Shown here in pieces: positions 1 through 7,982 of a stretch of DNA of 64,000 nucleotides (within the stretch, counting starts at the first letter, position 1; each line of letters opens with the position of its first letter). Made by a program: the position numbers and the translations under genes. Below the pieces are notes generated by a model. That model was given only the letters and a program-made list of their open reading frames with translations, was not told the DNA's origin and did no database searches. The stretch covers positions 75,244-139,243 of the forward strand of contig CAILMI010000055.1 of assembly GCA_903835255.1 (NCBI GenBank), in the 5' to 3' direction. The DNA comes from an uncultured Verrucomicrobia subdivision 3 bacterium (lineage in GTDB: Bacteria > Verrucomicrobiota > Verrucomicrobiia > Limisphaerales > UBA11358).

Positions 1-1314
1 GGAGGTGGACCCGTTGGATTCCATGATCTCGCTGGTGACCCGCACGGCGTAGGGATAGTCCGTGGGCAGCATCGATTCAATGCTGCGCTCAGCCAGCGCG
101 CCGTGGCCGATTTCGCGACGGCCCGGGCCGCTGATGCGGCCGGTTTCGCCGACGGAGAAGTTCGGGAAGTTGTAGTGCAGGATGAACTTCTTTTCCGTCC
201 GGCCGCCGGTGTAGGAATCAAAGTCCTGGGTGTCATCCCCGGTGCCCAGCGTGACCAAGGTAACGGCCTGGGTCTCGCCGCGGGCAAAGAGCGCCGAGCC
301 ATGGGCGCGGGGCAGGATGCTGGTTTCGCTCGAGATCGCACGCACCGCGTCAAATCCGCGTCCGTCGAGGCGCTTGCCTTCCTTCAATATGAGGCCGCGC
401 ACGGCTTCCTTCTGGATGTAGTAGAAGGCGTCCTTGATGACAAAGTCATTCACCCGGTCCGCGCCGAATTTCTCGATCAGTTTCACGCCCACCTCGTCCT
501 GGATGGCTTTGCAGGCGTTTTCGCGATTGAGTTTGCCGGGCGTGAGCAGGGCGGGAACGAAACGGTTGCCGGCGAGCTTCTTGGCTTCCTCAAGAATTTC
601 GTCGGGCACAATGTTCAGAGTAATTTCGCGCTTCTTCTTGCCGGCTTTGGCGGCGAGCTCTTTCTGCGCGGCGATGACCGGCTGAATGACTCCCTGGGCA
701 TAGACCAGGGCGGCATTGAAGTCGGCTTCCGTGATTTCCTTGGCCGCTCCCTCATACATCACGATGTCCTTATCGTTGCCGACATAGACGAGGTCGAGAT
801 CGCTCTCAGCCTGCTCGGAGTGGGTGGGGTTGGCAATGAACTTGCCGGCGACGCGTCCGACGCGGACCGCGCCCAGCGGGCCGTCCCAGGGAATATCGCT
901 GACCATCAGGGCGGCGCTGGCGCCGATGATGCTCAGGATATCGGGGTCGTTCTGTCCGTCCGCGCTGAGCAGCACGGTCTGGACCTGGACCTCGTTATAC
1001 CAGCCCTTGGGGAACAGGGGGCGGATCGGGCGATCGGTGAGCCGGCAGGTGAGAATTTCTTTTTCAGTCGGGCGGCCTTCGCGCTTGAAATAGCCCCCGG
1101 GGAATTTTCCGGCAGCGGCGGCTTTTTCACGGTAGTCCACGGTCAGCGGGAAAAAGTCCTGCCCGGGCTTGGCCTTGGTGGCGGCCACGGCGGCCACGAT
1201 GACGATGGTTTCGCCCAACTGGACGGTGACGGCGCCGTCGGCCTGTTTGGCCAGCTTGCCGGTTTCGATGGTGATCTGCTTGTCGCCTAATGCGGCGGTT
1301 ATTTTTTCTGACAT
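1..1314 (-). CDS. pnp: polyribonucleotide nucleotidyltransferase (PNPase), N-terminal ~438 codons; the 3' end runs off the window
   Basis: Hand translation of the minus strand from the ATG at 1314..1312 gives MSEKITAALGDKQITIETGKLAKQADGAVTVQLGETIVIVAAVAATKAKPGQDFFPLTVDYREKAAAAGKFPGGYFKREGRPTEKEILTCRLTDRPIRPLFPKGW. This is a canonical PNPase N-terminus. The gene lies directly downstream of rpsO, as in most bacteria. The listed + ORF 103..1290 is its antisense shadow. Confidence 0.9.
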   Translation of the reverse strand, partial: MSEKITAALGDKQITIETGKLAKQADGAVTVQLGETIVIVAAVAATKAKPGQDFFPLTVDYREKAAAAGKFPGGYFKREGRPTEKEILTCRLTDRPIRPLFPKGWYNEVQVQTVLLSADGQNDPDILSIIGASAALMVSDIPWDGPLGAVRVGRVAGKFIANPTHSEQAESDLDLVYVGNDKDIVMYEGAAKEITEADFNAALVYAQGVIQPVIAAQKELAAKAGKKKREITLNIVPDEILEEAKKLAGNRFVPALLTPGKLNRENACKAIQDEVGVKLIEKFGADRVNDFVIKDAFYYIQKEAVRGLILKEGKRLDGRGFDAVRAISSETSILPRAHGSALFARGETQAVTLVTLGTGDDTQDFDSYTGGRTEKKFILHYNFPNFSVGETGRISGPGRREIGHGALAERSIESMLPTDYPYAVRVTSEIMESNGSTS

Positions 1315-1461
1315 ATGAGGACTGCTACCGCATGAGGAACTTCATTGAACCCCGGATTGATTCGGGGCTGAATGAAATTTCCCTGCAGCAGCGGATTTTT
1401 ATCGCGAAGTTTGGTTGAAGAATCGGGCCGTTCGCGTTTCCGGCTCAAATCCGAACGCGGC

Positions 1462-1492
1462 GCGCGGCTGCTTGAAATAACAAGAGCCGCGC
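1462..1492 (-). promoter_or_regulatory. GC-rich hairpin in the rpsO-pnp spacer (candidate attenuator or processing stem)
   Basis: An 8-bp stem pairs 1462..1469 with 1485..1492 (GCGCGGCT / AGCCGCGC). It is extended by CTTG/CAAG (1471..1474 with 1481..1484) across a one-nt bulge, with loop AAATAA. The hairpin starts 13 nt after the rpsO stop on the transcribed strand, inside a 190-nt spacer. No clean U-tract follows. Confidence 0.4.
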
Positions 1493-1504
1493 CTCCGCAA
1501 AATA

Positions 1505-1762
1505 TCAATGGCGCAGCTTCAGCTTCTTGGCGACCGCCTGGTAGCGACCCAGGTCCGTGCCCTGAAGGTATTCCAAAAGACGACGGCGCTGGCTGACCAT
1601 GATCAGCAACCCGCGCCGCGAGCTATGGTCCTTTTTATTGGTCTGCAAATGCCCCGTCAGGTGGTTGATGCGGTGGGTCAGCAGGGCGATTTGCACATCG
1701 GCCGAGCCGGTGTCTTTCGCGTGCACTTTGAACTGTTCAATTGTTTTCGTCTTCGCTTCCAT
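1505..1762 (-). CDS. rpsO: 30S ribosomal protein S15
   Basis: The 85-aa ORF reads [66 protein letters not shown], the S15 signature (KDHHSRRGLL..V..RR.LL.YL). It lies upstream of pnp. Confidence 0.95.
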   Translation of the reverse strand: MEAKTKTIEQFKVHAKDTGSADVQIALLTHRINHLTGHLQTNKKDHSSRRGLLIMVSQRRRLLEYLQGTDLGRYQAVAKKLKLRH

Positions 1763-1849
1763 AGAATTTCAAATCAATAATAGAGCGGCGGACTGTAGCC
1801 CCCCACCGCCATCGTGTAAAGAACTTTAACCATTCTTTAGCCATGAAAC

Positions 1850-1871
1850 TTCGCGGTGGATTCGCGGTGGA
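1850..1871. repeat. perfect tandem duplication of an 11-mer (TTCGCGGTGGA x2) in a divergent promoter region
   Basis: Read directly: ...aaacTTCGCGGTGGATTCGCGGTGGAattgg... It lies between rpsO (minus) and the FAD/Fe-S oxidoreductase gene (plus). Confidence 0.9.
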
Positions 1872-2007
1872 ATTGGCGCTGGGGCCCCGCCCCTTTCTGA
1901 AAGCCGCTGCTCCGCCGGCCCATTGGTCCGCTCACCCCTTGCCCGAGCACCGCCAGGACCCCCACCGGCGGACTGCATCGAGACACTCCGACGATTGCAG
2001 GGAGTAA

Positions 2008-4881
2008 ATGAAATTGTCAATCCCGCGGCGCGACGGTAGGGTTGTCGCCGCCCGCATGATGCCCACACAACAACTGGCCGCCCTGAGCGCCGCCGACTGC
2101 GATGTTGCCTTTGATAATCTCACCCGCCAGCTGTACGCCACGGACGCCTCTCCATATCAGGTCGTGCCGCTGGCAGTGGCGTTCCCCCGCAGCCCAAGGC
2201 AGGCCGGCGCCATCATTGCCGCAGCGGCGCATGCGGGCGTCCCGGTAATCCCGCGCGGGGCCGGCACGGGGCTTTCCGGCGGAGCGATCGGCGAGGGTCT
2301 TGTCGTGGATTTTGCGCGCCACAACCGGCGCATTCAGGATTTTAACCGAGATGCCCGCACCGTCCGGGTGGGGCCGGGCGTGGTCCTTGACCAGCTGAAT
2401 CAATTTCTGCATCCGCACGGATTCCGATTCGGGCCGGACGTGGCAACCAGCTCGCGCGCCACGCTGGGCGGGATGATTGCGAACGACTCGTCGGGCTCGC
2501 ACACGCCGGTGTACGGCACCACGGGAATGCACGTCAACGAGCTGGAGGTGGTCCTGGCCGACGGGCAGATCGTGCGGGTCGGGGCCGGGCACGACACCCT
2601 GCAGCGCCAGCGGGATCTGGTGGAGGATCTGGTATCGCTCAACTCGCTGCAGATTGCGGAGCGGTTTCCCCCCGGCCTCTTAAAACGCTGGCCGGGGTAT
2701 GCGCTGGCCCGCGCGGCGCAGGCGCCAGCTAACCTGCTTTCCCTCCTGTCCGGCAGCGAAGGCACGCTGGCGGCCATTCTCGAAGCCGAACTCAAGATCG
2801 TTCCCCTGCCCCAGGAGCGGGGCGTGGGCCTGCTGTTCTTCGCCTCCGTGGCCGAGGCCATGCAGGCCACGGAAGCCTTGCTCGCGCTCCACCCCGCGGC
2901 CATTGAGCACATGGACCGCCCGCTGTTTGACCAGACGCGGGGCCAGCGCGAATTCCAGGCCGCGCGCGACCTGATGCAGCTGGACCGCCATCCCTGCCAA
3001 TCTATTTTGATCGTCGAATTCTTTGAGGACGTCCGCGAACGGCTGGCCCTGCTGGAGAAAATGAGGCTGGGGCTGCGCTCCCTGATATTAACCACCCCGG
3101 CCGAGGCGAATTTGGTGTGGTCGGTCCGCAAAGCGGGATTGTCCCTGCTCACGGGCTGCAAGGGCAGCGCCAAGCCCGCCTGTTTCATCGAGGACGCAGC
3201 GGTGCGACCGCGGGACCTGCCGGAGTACGTCGGCAGCCTGGAGGCATTGATGCAGCGCGTGGGCGTGTCCGCCTCCTATTACGGCCATGCGGCAGCGGGC
3301 CTGCTGCATGTCCGGCCGGTGCTGGATTTGCAGCAGGCCGGCGACCTACGGAAATTCCGGCAGATTGCCGACGAGGTTTCCGCCTTGGTGCTGCAATTCA
3401 AGGGGTCGCTGGCGGGCGAGCATGGGGTGGGCATGGCGCGCACAGAATTCCTCCGGGAACAGGTGGGCCCGGAACTTTACCGGCTCATGAAGGAGATCAA
3501 GCTCTCCTTTGATCCGGGCAATATTTTCAATCCGGGAAAAATCATCGGCGATGGGCGGTATTACATCGACCGCCACCTGCGCACCGGCACCAGTCGGCCC
3601 GTGGACCTGACCTTTGAGCCGCAGCTCGCGTTTGCCGACCGGGACGGCTCCTTCGCCGGCAATCTAGAACAGTGCAATGGCTGCGGCGGCTGCCTCAAAC
3701 AGACGCCGACGATGTGCCCGACCTATCTGGCCACCGGCGAGGAAATCATGTCCACCCGCGGACGCGCCAACACCATCCGCGCCGTGCTGGAGCAGCGCGG
3801 GACCGGCGGCGACCCGCTCTGCTCACCGGAGCTGGAGGCAGCCTTGGGCGGATGCCTGTCCTGCAAGGCCTGCACCAGCGAGTGTCCCTCCAACGTCAAC
3901 CTGGCCCTGCTCAAGGCGGAACTGCTCCACGCCCGCATCCGCCGTCACGGACTGAGGTTGCGCGAACGGCTGCTGAGCGATGTGGACCGGCTCGGCCGGC
4001 TCGGCTGCAGCCTGCCGGGTGTGGCTAATTTCCTCCTGAAATCAGGGGCCCTGCGGAAGCTGTTGGCAAAACTTTTGGGCTTCACTCCGGAACGGCCGCT
4101 GCCACCCTTTGCGCGCCTCCGGTTCGACCGCTGGTTTGCCCGCCGCCCGCTGTTCCGCAAATCCTTTCGCGGCCGCGTCCTCCTCTGGGACGACACCTTT
4201 GCCCGCTATCACGAACCGGAAATTGGCAGGGCCGCCGTCACCGTGCTGGAAGCCGCCGGATTTGAGGTCCAGCTGGTCACCGGGCGGCAATGCTGCGGCC
4301 GGCCGGCCTTCAGCATGGGCAATCTGGACAAGGCCTCCCTGCTGGGACGGCACAATCTCGCCCTGCTGGAGGCGGGCGACGATTCGACCCCGATTCTTTT
4401 TCTGGAACCTTCCTGCTACTCAATGTTTGCCGAGGATTACCGGGAATTGAAGCTGCCGGGTGCGGAGCGGGTTTCGAGCCGCTGTTTTTTGTTTGAGGAA
4501 TTCATGGACACACTGCTGGAGAAAGAGCCGGGCGCCCTCCTGTTCAAGCCCGAGGCGCAGAAGATTGTGATTCACGCCCATTGCCACGCCAAATCCCTGA
4601 CCGGCACCCATCCCATGCGCCGGCTGGCCGAACGCCTCCCTGACCGGACCGTGACGCTGCTCGATACCGGCTGCTGCGGCATGGCGGGAGCGTTCGGGAT
4701 GATGGAGTCGAAATATGAATTGTCCTTGAAAGTGGCCGAGCCCCTCATCCAAAAAATCAAGAGCCAGCCCTATGGCAGCGTCGTGGTGGCCTCCGGCACC
4801 AGCTGCCGCCATCAGATCCAACACCTTGCACCCCACCGGACGCAGCACATGGCCTGCATCCTGGCCGAGGCGCTCCAGTAA
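2008..4881 (+). CDS. FAD-linked oxidase fused to a 4Fe-4S/CCG-domain module (GlcD+GlcF-like; E. coli YdiJ-type architecture)
   Basis: The N-terminal half has an FAD_binding_4-type motif (PRGAGTGLSGGAIG). The middle carries two ferredoxin-type Cys clusters (CNGCGGCLKQTPTMCP, CLSCKACTSECP). The C-terminal half has two CCG-type repeats (...CCGRPAF..., ...CCGMAGAFG). The true start may be the MMPTQQ methionine at 2056. Confidence 0.85.
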   Translation: MKLSIPRRDGRVVAARMMPTQQLAALSAADCDVAFDNLTRQLYATDASPYQVVPLAVAFPRSPRQAGAIIAAAAHAGVPVIPRGAGTGLSGGAIGEGLVVDFARHNRRIQDFNRDARTVRVGPGVVLDQLNQFLHPHGFRFGPDVATSSRATLGGMIANDSSGSHTPVYGTTGMHVNELEVVLADGQIVRVGAGHDTLQRQRDLVEDLVSLNSLQIAERFPPGLLKRWPGYALARAAQAPANLLSLLSGSEGTLAAILEAELKIVPLPQERGVGLLFFASVAEAMQATEALLALHPAAIEHMDRPLFDQTRGQREFQAARDLMQLDRHPCQSILIVEFFEDVRERLALLEKMRLGLRSLILTTPAEANLVWSVRKAGLSLLTGCKGSAKPACFIEDAAVRPRDLPEYVGSLEALMQRVGVSASYYGHAAAGLLHVRPVLDLQQAGDLRKFRQIADEVSALVLQFKGSLAGEHGVGMARTEFLREQVGPELYRLMKEIKLSFDPGNIFNPGKIIGDGRYYIDRHLRTGTSRPVDLTFEPQLAFADRDGSFAGNLEQCNGCGGCLKQTPTMCPTYLATGEEIMSTRGRANTIRAVLEQRGTGGDPLCSPELEAALGGCLSCKACTSECPSNVNLALLKAELLHARIRRHGLRLRERLLSDVDRLGRLGCSLPGVANFLLKSGALRKLLAKLLGFTPERPLPPFARLRFDRWFARRPLFRKSFRGRVLLWDDTFARYHEPEIGRAAVTVLEAAGFEVQLVTGRQCCGRPAFSMGNLDKASLLGRHNLALLEAGDDSTPILFLEPSCYSMFAEDYRELKLPGAERVSSRCFLFEEFMDTLLEKEPGALLFKPEAQKIVIHAHCHAKSLTGTHPMRRLAERLPDRTVTLLDTGCCGMAGAFGMMESKYELSLKVAEPLIQKIKSQPYGSVVVASGTSCRHQIQHLAPHRTQHMACILAEALQ

Positions 4882-4884
4882 TCC

Positions 4885-6228
4885 TCATCTCCGGCAAAGA
4901 TCTTCCAGGGCCGGGCGCAGTTGGGGAAACTGAAACGCAAACTCCGCCCGCAACAATCGTTCCGGCACACAACGCTGCCCCGCCAGCACCAATGCCGGCT
5001 CACTGCCCATTAGCCGAGCCCCCAGTCGCACCGCGAATGCCGGGGCTGGCGGACTCCAGGGACGGCGCAGCGTCCGCCGCAATGCGCCCATGAAAACGGC
5101 ATTGGTCACCGGATCGGGCGCAACCGCGTTGAAGACGCCGGCAAAGCGGTCGTGGACGATGACCGCCACCATCATCTGCACGAGATCAGCGAGATGGATC
5201 CAGCTAATATATTGCCGGCCATTGCCAGCCGCCCCACCCAAAAACCACTTAGTCAGCCCGCTCAGCACTGGCAGCGCGCCGCCCTCCCGGCCCAGCACAA
5301 ACCCGATGCGCAGCACGACCCGGCGCGTGGCCGGCAAAGGCGTGGCGGCGAATGCAGCCTCCCAATCGCGGCAGATGCCGGCGAGCGCCCCAGTGCCGGC
5401 GGGTGCCGCTTCCGCGCAGACACGGTCTTGCGCGTCCCCGTAAAAACCCGTCGCGCTCGCCTGCACCCACGTGCGCGGCGGCGTTTGCACCCGGCCGACG
5501 GCCGCGGCTAGAGCCTTCACCGAATCCACGCGCGAGGACGCAATCTCCCCCACGTTTTCCGCCGTGTGCGGACAGTTGATGTTTTTGCCCGTGAGATTAA
5601 CTACCGCCAATGCCCCATCCAAAAGCCCAGCCCATTCCCCGGCACTTTTCCCATCCCATGCCACCTCCCGAACGCCGTCTGTGCGCGGCCGGGGGGAACG
5701 CGTCAGCACAATGACTTCATAATTCTGCCGGATGAGTTCACGCGCCAGGGCCGTGCCGATAAAGCCGCTGCCGCCCGCAAGAAGGATTCGCTGACGGTTC
5801 ATATTATCGTAGGGTAGAAGATTCAATACCGGAACACATTGGGCCGTGAGGGGATTCATCCCGAACCCGCCCTGCTCCAATCGCTGAAGCCAGTCGGCGA
5901 TCAACCCCAGCACGACCGCCCGATCCAGCTGGTGGTGGACCCGGGGATATTTCGATAGATTCGCCTGCGCCAGCTTAAACAGCGCGGCGGAGGGCCGCAG
6001 GCGGTTTTTTTGAAGATGTACAAAGGCGCCCGCCAGCTGAATAAGCCCCTTGTAAAAATTTCCATCGATGCCTTGCCGGTCGGGCAACCACAGGTCTTCA
6101 AGAACATCGTGTGCCTCGTAAAAAAGCTGGCGGTTGAAGCAGTCGAAAAAACCGAGGTAATGCGCATCGAGTTCCTGTCCCCGGAAGGATTCGATCATCG
6201 CGGCAATGCGGGCGCTTTTGTGGCTCAC
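4885..6228 (-). CDS. DUF309-like N-terminal domain fused in frame to a TIGR01777/YfcH-type SDR epimerase-family protein (with DUF1731-like C-terminus)
   Basis: The first ~140 aa (YLGFFDCFNRQLFYEAHDVLEDLW...GLIQLAGAFVHLQKN) match my recollection of DUF309. From RILLAGGSGFIGTALAREL onward it reads as a Rossmann SDR of the YfcH type (YISWIHLADLV...). No stop codon separates the two parts. Confidence 0.75.
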   Translation of the reverse strand: MSHKSARIAAMIESFRGQELDAHYLGFFDCFNRQLFYEAHDVLEDLWLPDRQGIDGNFYKGLIQLAGAFVHLQKNRLRPSAALFKLAQANLSKYPRVHHQLDRAVVLGLIADWLQRLEQGGFGMNPLTAQCVPVLNLLPYDNMNRQRILLAGGSGFIGTALARELIRQNYEVIVLTRSPRPRTDGVREVAWDGKSAGEWAGLLDGALAVVNLTGKNINCPHTAENVGEIASSRVDSVKALAAAVGRVQTPPRTWVQASATGFYGDAQDRVCAEAAPAGTGALAGICRDWEAAFAATPLPATRRVVLRIGFVLGREGGALPVLSGLTKWFLGGAAGNGRQYISWIHLADLVQMMVAVIVHDRFAGVFNAVAPDPVTNAVFMGALRRTLRRPWSPPAPAFAVRLGARLMGSEPALVLAGQRCVPERLLRAEFAFQFPQLRPALEDLCRR

Positions 6229-6280
6229 AGGTTCAGGATAGGGGGCGGGCGGGGCGGTGACGAGGCGGATTCATAAAAGT

Positions 6281-6985
6281 TTAACCCGGGGGGCGGGCTG
6301 GCTCCGGCGAAAATAAAACGATTACCCGGACGCCAAAGGCCCGAAATAAATCCGCAAACCGGGTCTCGATCATTTGCTTGGCATCGCCGATGGCCAGCGT
6401 GGAATCCGCGCTCCTGAGGGCCTGCCGCTTGAGTTCCATCAGGATTTGCCGGTGATCTTCCGCGGTGATTTTATTAAACATCCCGTCCTCGGCCAAATAA
6501 TAGATGGGTGCCGGGTGGGAGGATTCCAGCGACAATATCCTCGGCTCCGGCAACCGCAGGGTCACCACCCGATGGGAGGCATCGTAGGCGGCGGAAAATT
6601 TTGCCGTAAGATCAAACCCGACCTTGGCGACAAACGTCTGCTCGGCGAGGAGGCGCTTGCGGCTGCCCAAATCGGTTTTGGAATAATCCACGAGCTCCCG
6701 GATGTTCCGCTGCAGAATAGCCAGTTCCGCGACCGGAGTGGCATCGCACACGGTGGCCGAAGCGACCACTGTCACTTGCGATTGGAATACGGCCATAAAG
6801 GCCTCCGCCACCTTGTCCATGCCCTGCTTTCCCAACGCAACCGTTTGCGCCACCCCCTGACTTAAAAAGGAGCCGGCCGCCTCCACTCCTTTTTGCGCCG
6901 GACGGATCACAGTCAAATAGATGACCAGTCCGACGGCCAGCGCCAGCAGCGAAAGTCCGACAAAAAAGGAGAGAATTTTATTCAT
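6281..6985 (-). CDS. DUF4230-like membrane-anchored protein
   Basis: From MNKILSFFVGLSLLALAVGLVIYL (N-terminal TM) the body matches the DUF4230 pattern (VAKVGFDLTAKF...VVTLRLPEPRILS...). I prefer the ATG at 6985 over the longer ORF start at 7051. Confidence 0.65.
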   Translation of the reverse strand: MNKILSFFVGLSLLALAVGLVIYLTVIRPAQKGVEAAGSFLSQGVAQTVALGKQGMDKVAEAFMAVFQSQVTVVASATVCDATPVAELAILQRNIRELVDYSKTDLGSRKRLLAEQTFVAKVGFDLTAKFSAAYDASHRVVTLRLPEPRILSLESSHPAPIYYLAEDGMFNKITAEDHRQILMELKRQALRSADSTLAIGDAKQMIETRFADLFRAFGVRVIVLFSPEPARPPG

Positions 6986-7016
6986 GCGCCGACTTCCCGT
7001 CTGCCGGGATGAAGGA

Positions 7017-7895
7017 TTAATACAACCATTGCAGGATCTTCCCCTCCGCATCCAGCGTCACCCCCTGGCGCCGGAAGGCCCAGCACATATAACTCACCGT
7101 CACAAAGAACGAGGCCGGCACGCGGTTGGCCGCGCAGGCCTTCACGCCCAGCAGCGTGGTCCGGCCGCCGAACCCCATGGGGCCAATGCCAAGCTCATTG
7201 GCCGTCTTCAAGATGTCCTGCTCCAGCCCGTCCAGTTCCTCGTTCGGATTCCGGTCCTCAAGCCGGCGCAGAAACTGTGTCTTGGAAAGCTCATAGCCGG
7301 TCGCCCGATCGCCGCCGATGCATACCCCAAGGATGCCCGGCCCGCAGCCCTTGCCCTGCGCCTGCAATACCGCATCCAGGATCACCTTGCGGCAGCCGTC
7401 CAGATCGCGGTTGGCGTGCAACTTCTCCAGCGGGAGCGAATATTGCGCCCCCACGTTTTCGCAGCCGCCGCCCTTGAGCACCAGCCGCACCCCGGCGTCC
7501 GGCTCGCGGACCTGATGAAAATGGAACGCGGGCGCGCCAGGACCGCAGTTGGTGCCGTCGTTCTTGCCCGTGAGCGAATCCACGGAATTCTGGCGCAGAT
7601 ACCCTTTTTTTGTGGCGAAGGTCACCGCCTCGCGCGCGGTCTGAGCAAAGCGGATCTGGTCGTAGCCGATGGGGCAGTCCACATAAAACAGGACGCTGCC
7701 GGTGTCCTGGCACAGGGGCTGGGACTTGGCTTTCGCCAGCGCGATGTTCTGGTCAATGATCTTGATGGCATTGGCCGCCAGCGAATTCTTCTTCTCGTTC
7801 TCGAGCGACGCCAGCAGAGCCCGATGCACGTCGTCCGGAATTTCGGCGGACGTGCGGCGGATCAGTTCAACCAGGGAATCATGCAATGAACTCAT
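7017..7895 (-). CDS. class I (Fe-S) fumarate hydratase / tartrate dehydratase alpha-type subunit
   Basis: From the ATG at 7895 the protein reads MSSLHDSLVELIRRTSAEIPDDVHRALL...CQDTGSVLFYV...LKGGGCENVGAQYSLP...GVCIGGDRATGY, typical of the Fe-S hydro-lyase alpha domain. The 543-aa ORF in the track is an artefactual upstream extension. Confidence 0.85.
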   Translation of the reverse strand: MSSLHDSLVELIRRTSAEIPDDVHRALLASLENEKKNSLAANAIKIIDQNIALAKAKSQPLCQDTGSVLFYVDCPIGYDQIRFAQTAREAVTFATKKGYLRQNSVDSLTGKNDGTNCGPGAPAFHFHQVREPDAGVRLVLKGGGCENVGAQYSLPLEKLHANRDLDGCRKVILDAVLQAQGKGCGPGILGVCIGGDRATGYELSKTQFLRRLEDRNPNEELDGLEQDILKTANELGIGPMGFGGRTTLLGVKACAANRVPASFFVTVSYMCWAFRRQGVTLDAEGKILQWLY

Positions 7896-7982
7896 AAAGG
7901 TCCCCAGCGTAAGACCTCCCGGCGCAAGCGTCAATTGCGCGCAGTTGCATTTAACGGCGCCGCTCTGTTTAATCCTTCCGCG

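Noticed and set aside
103-1290. 395-aa + strand ORF at the left edge
   Set aside because: It has a low-complexity Ala/Gly/Asp-rich translation with no recognisable motif. The opposite strand encodes an unmistakable PNPase N-terminus. It is a typical high-GC antisense shadow ORF.
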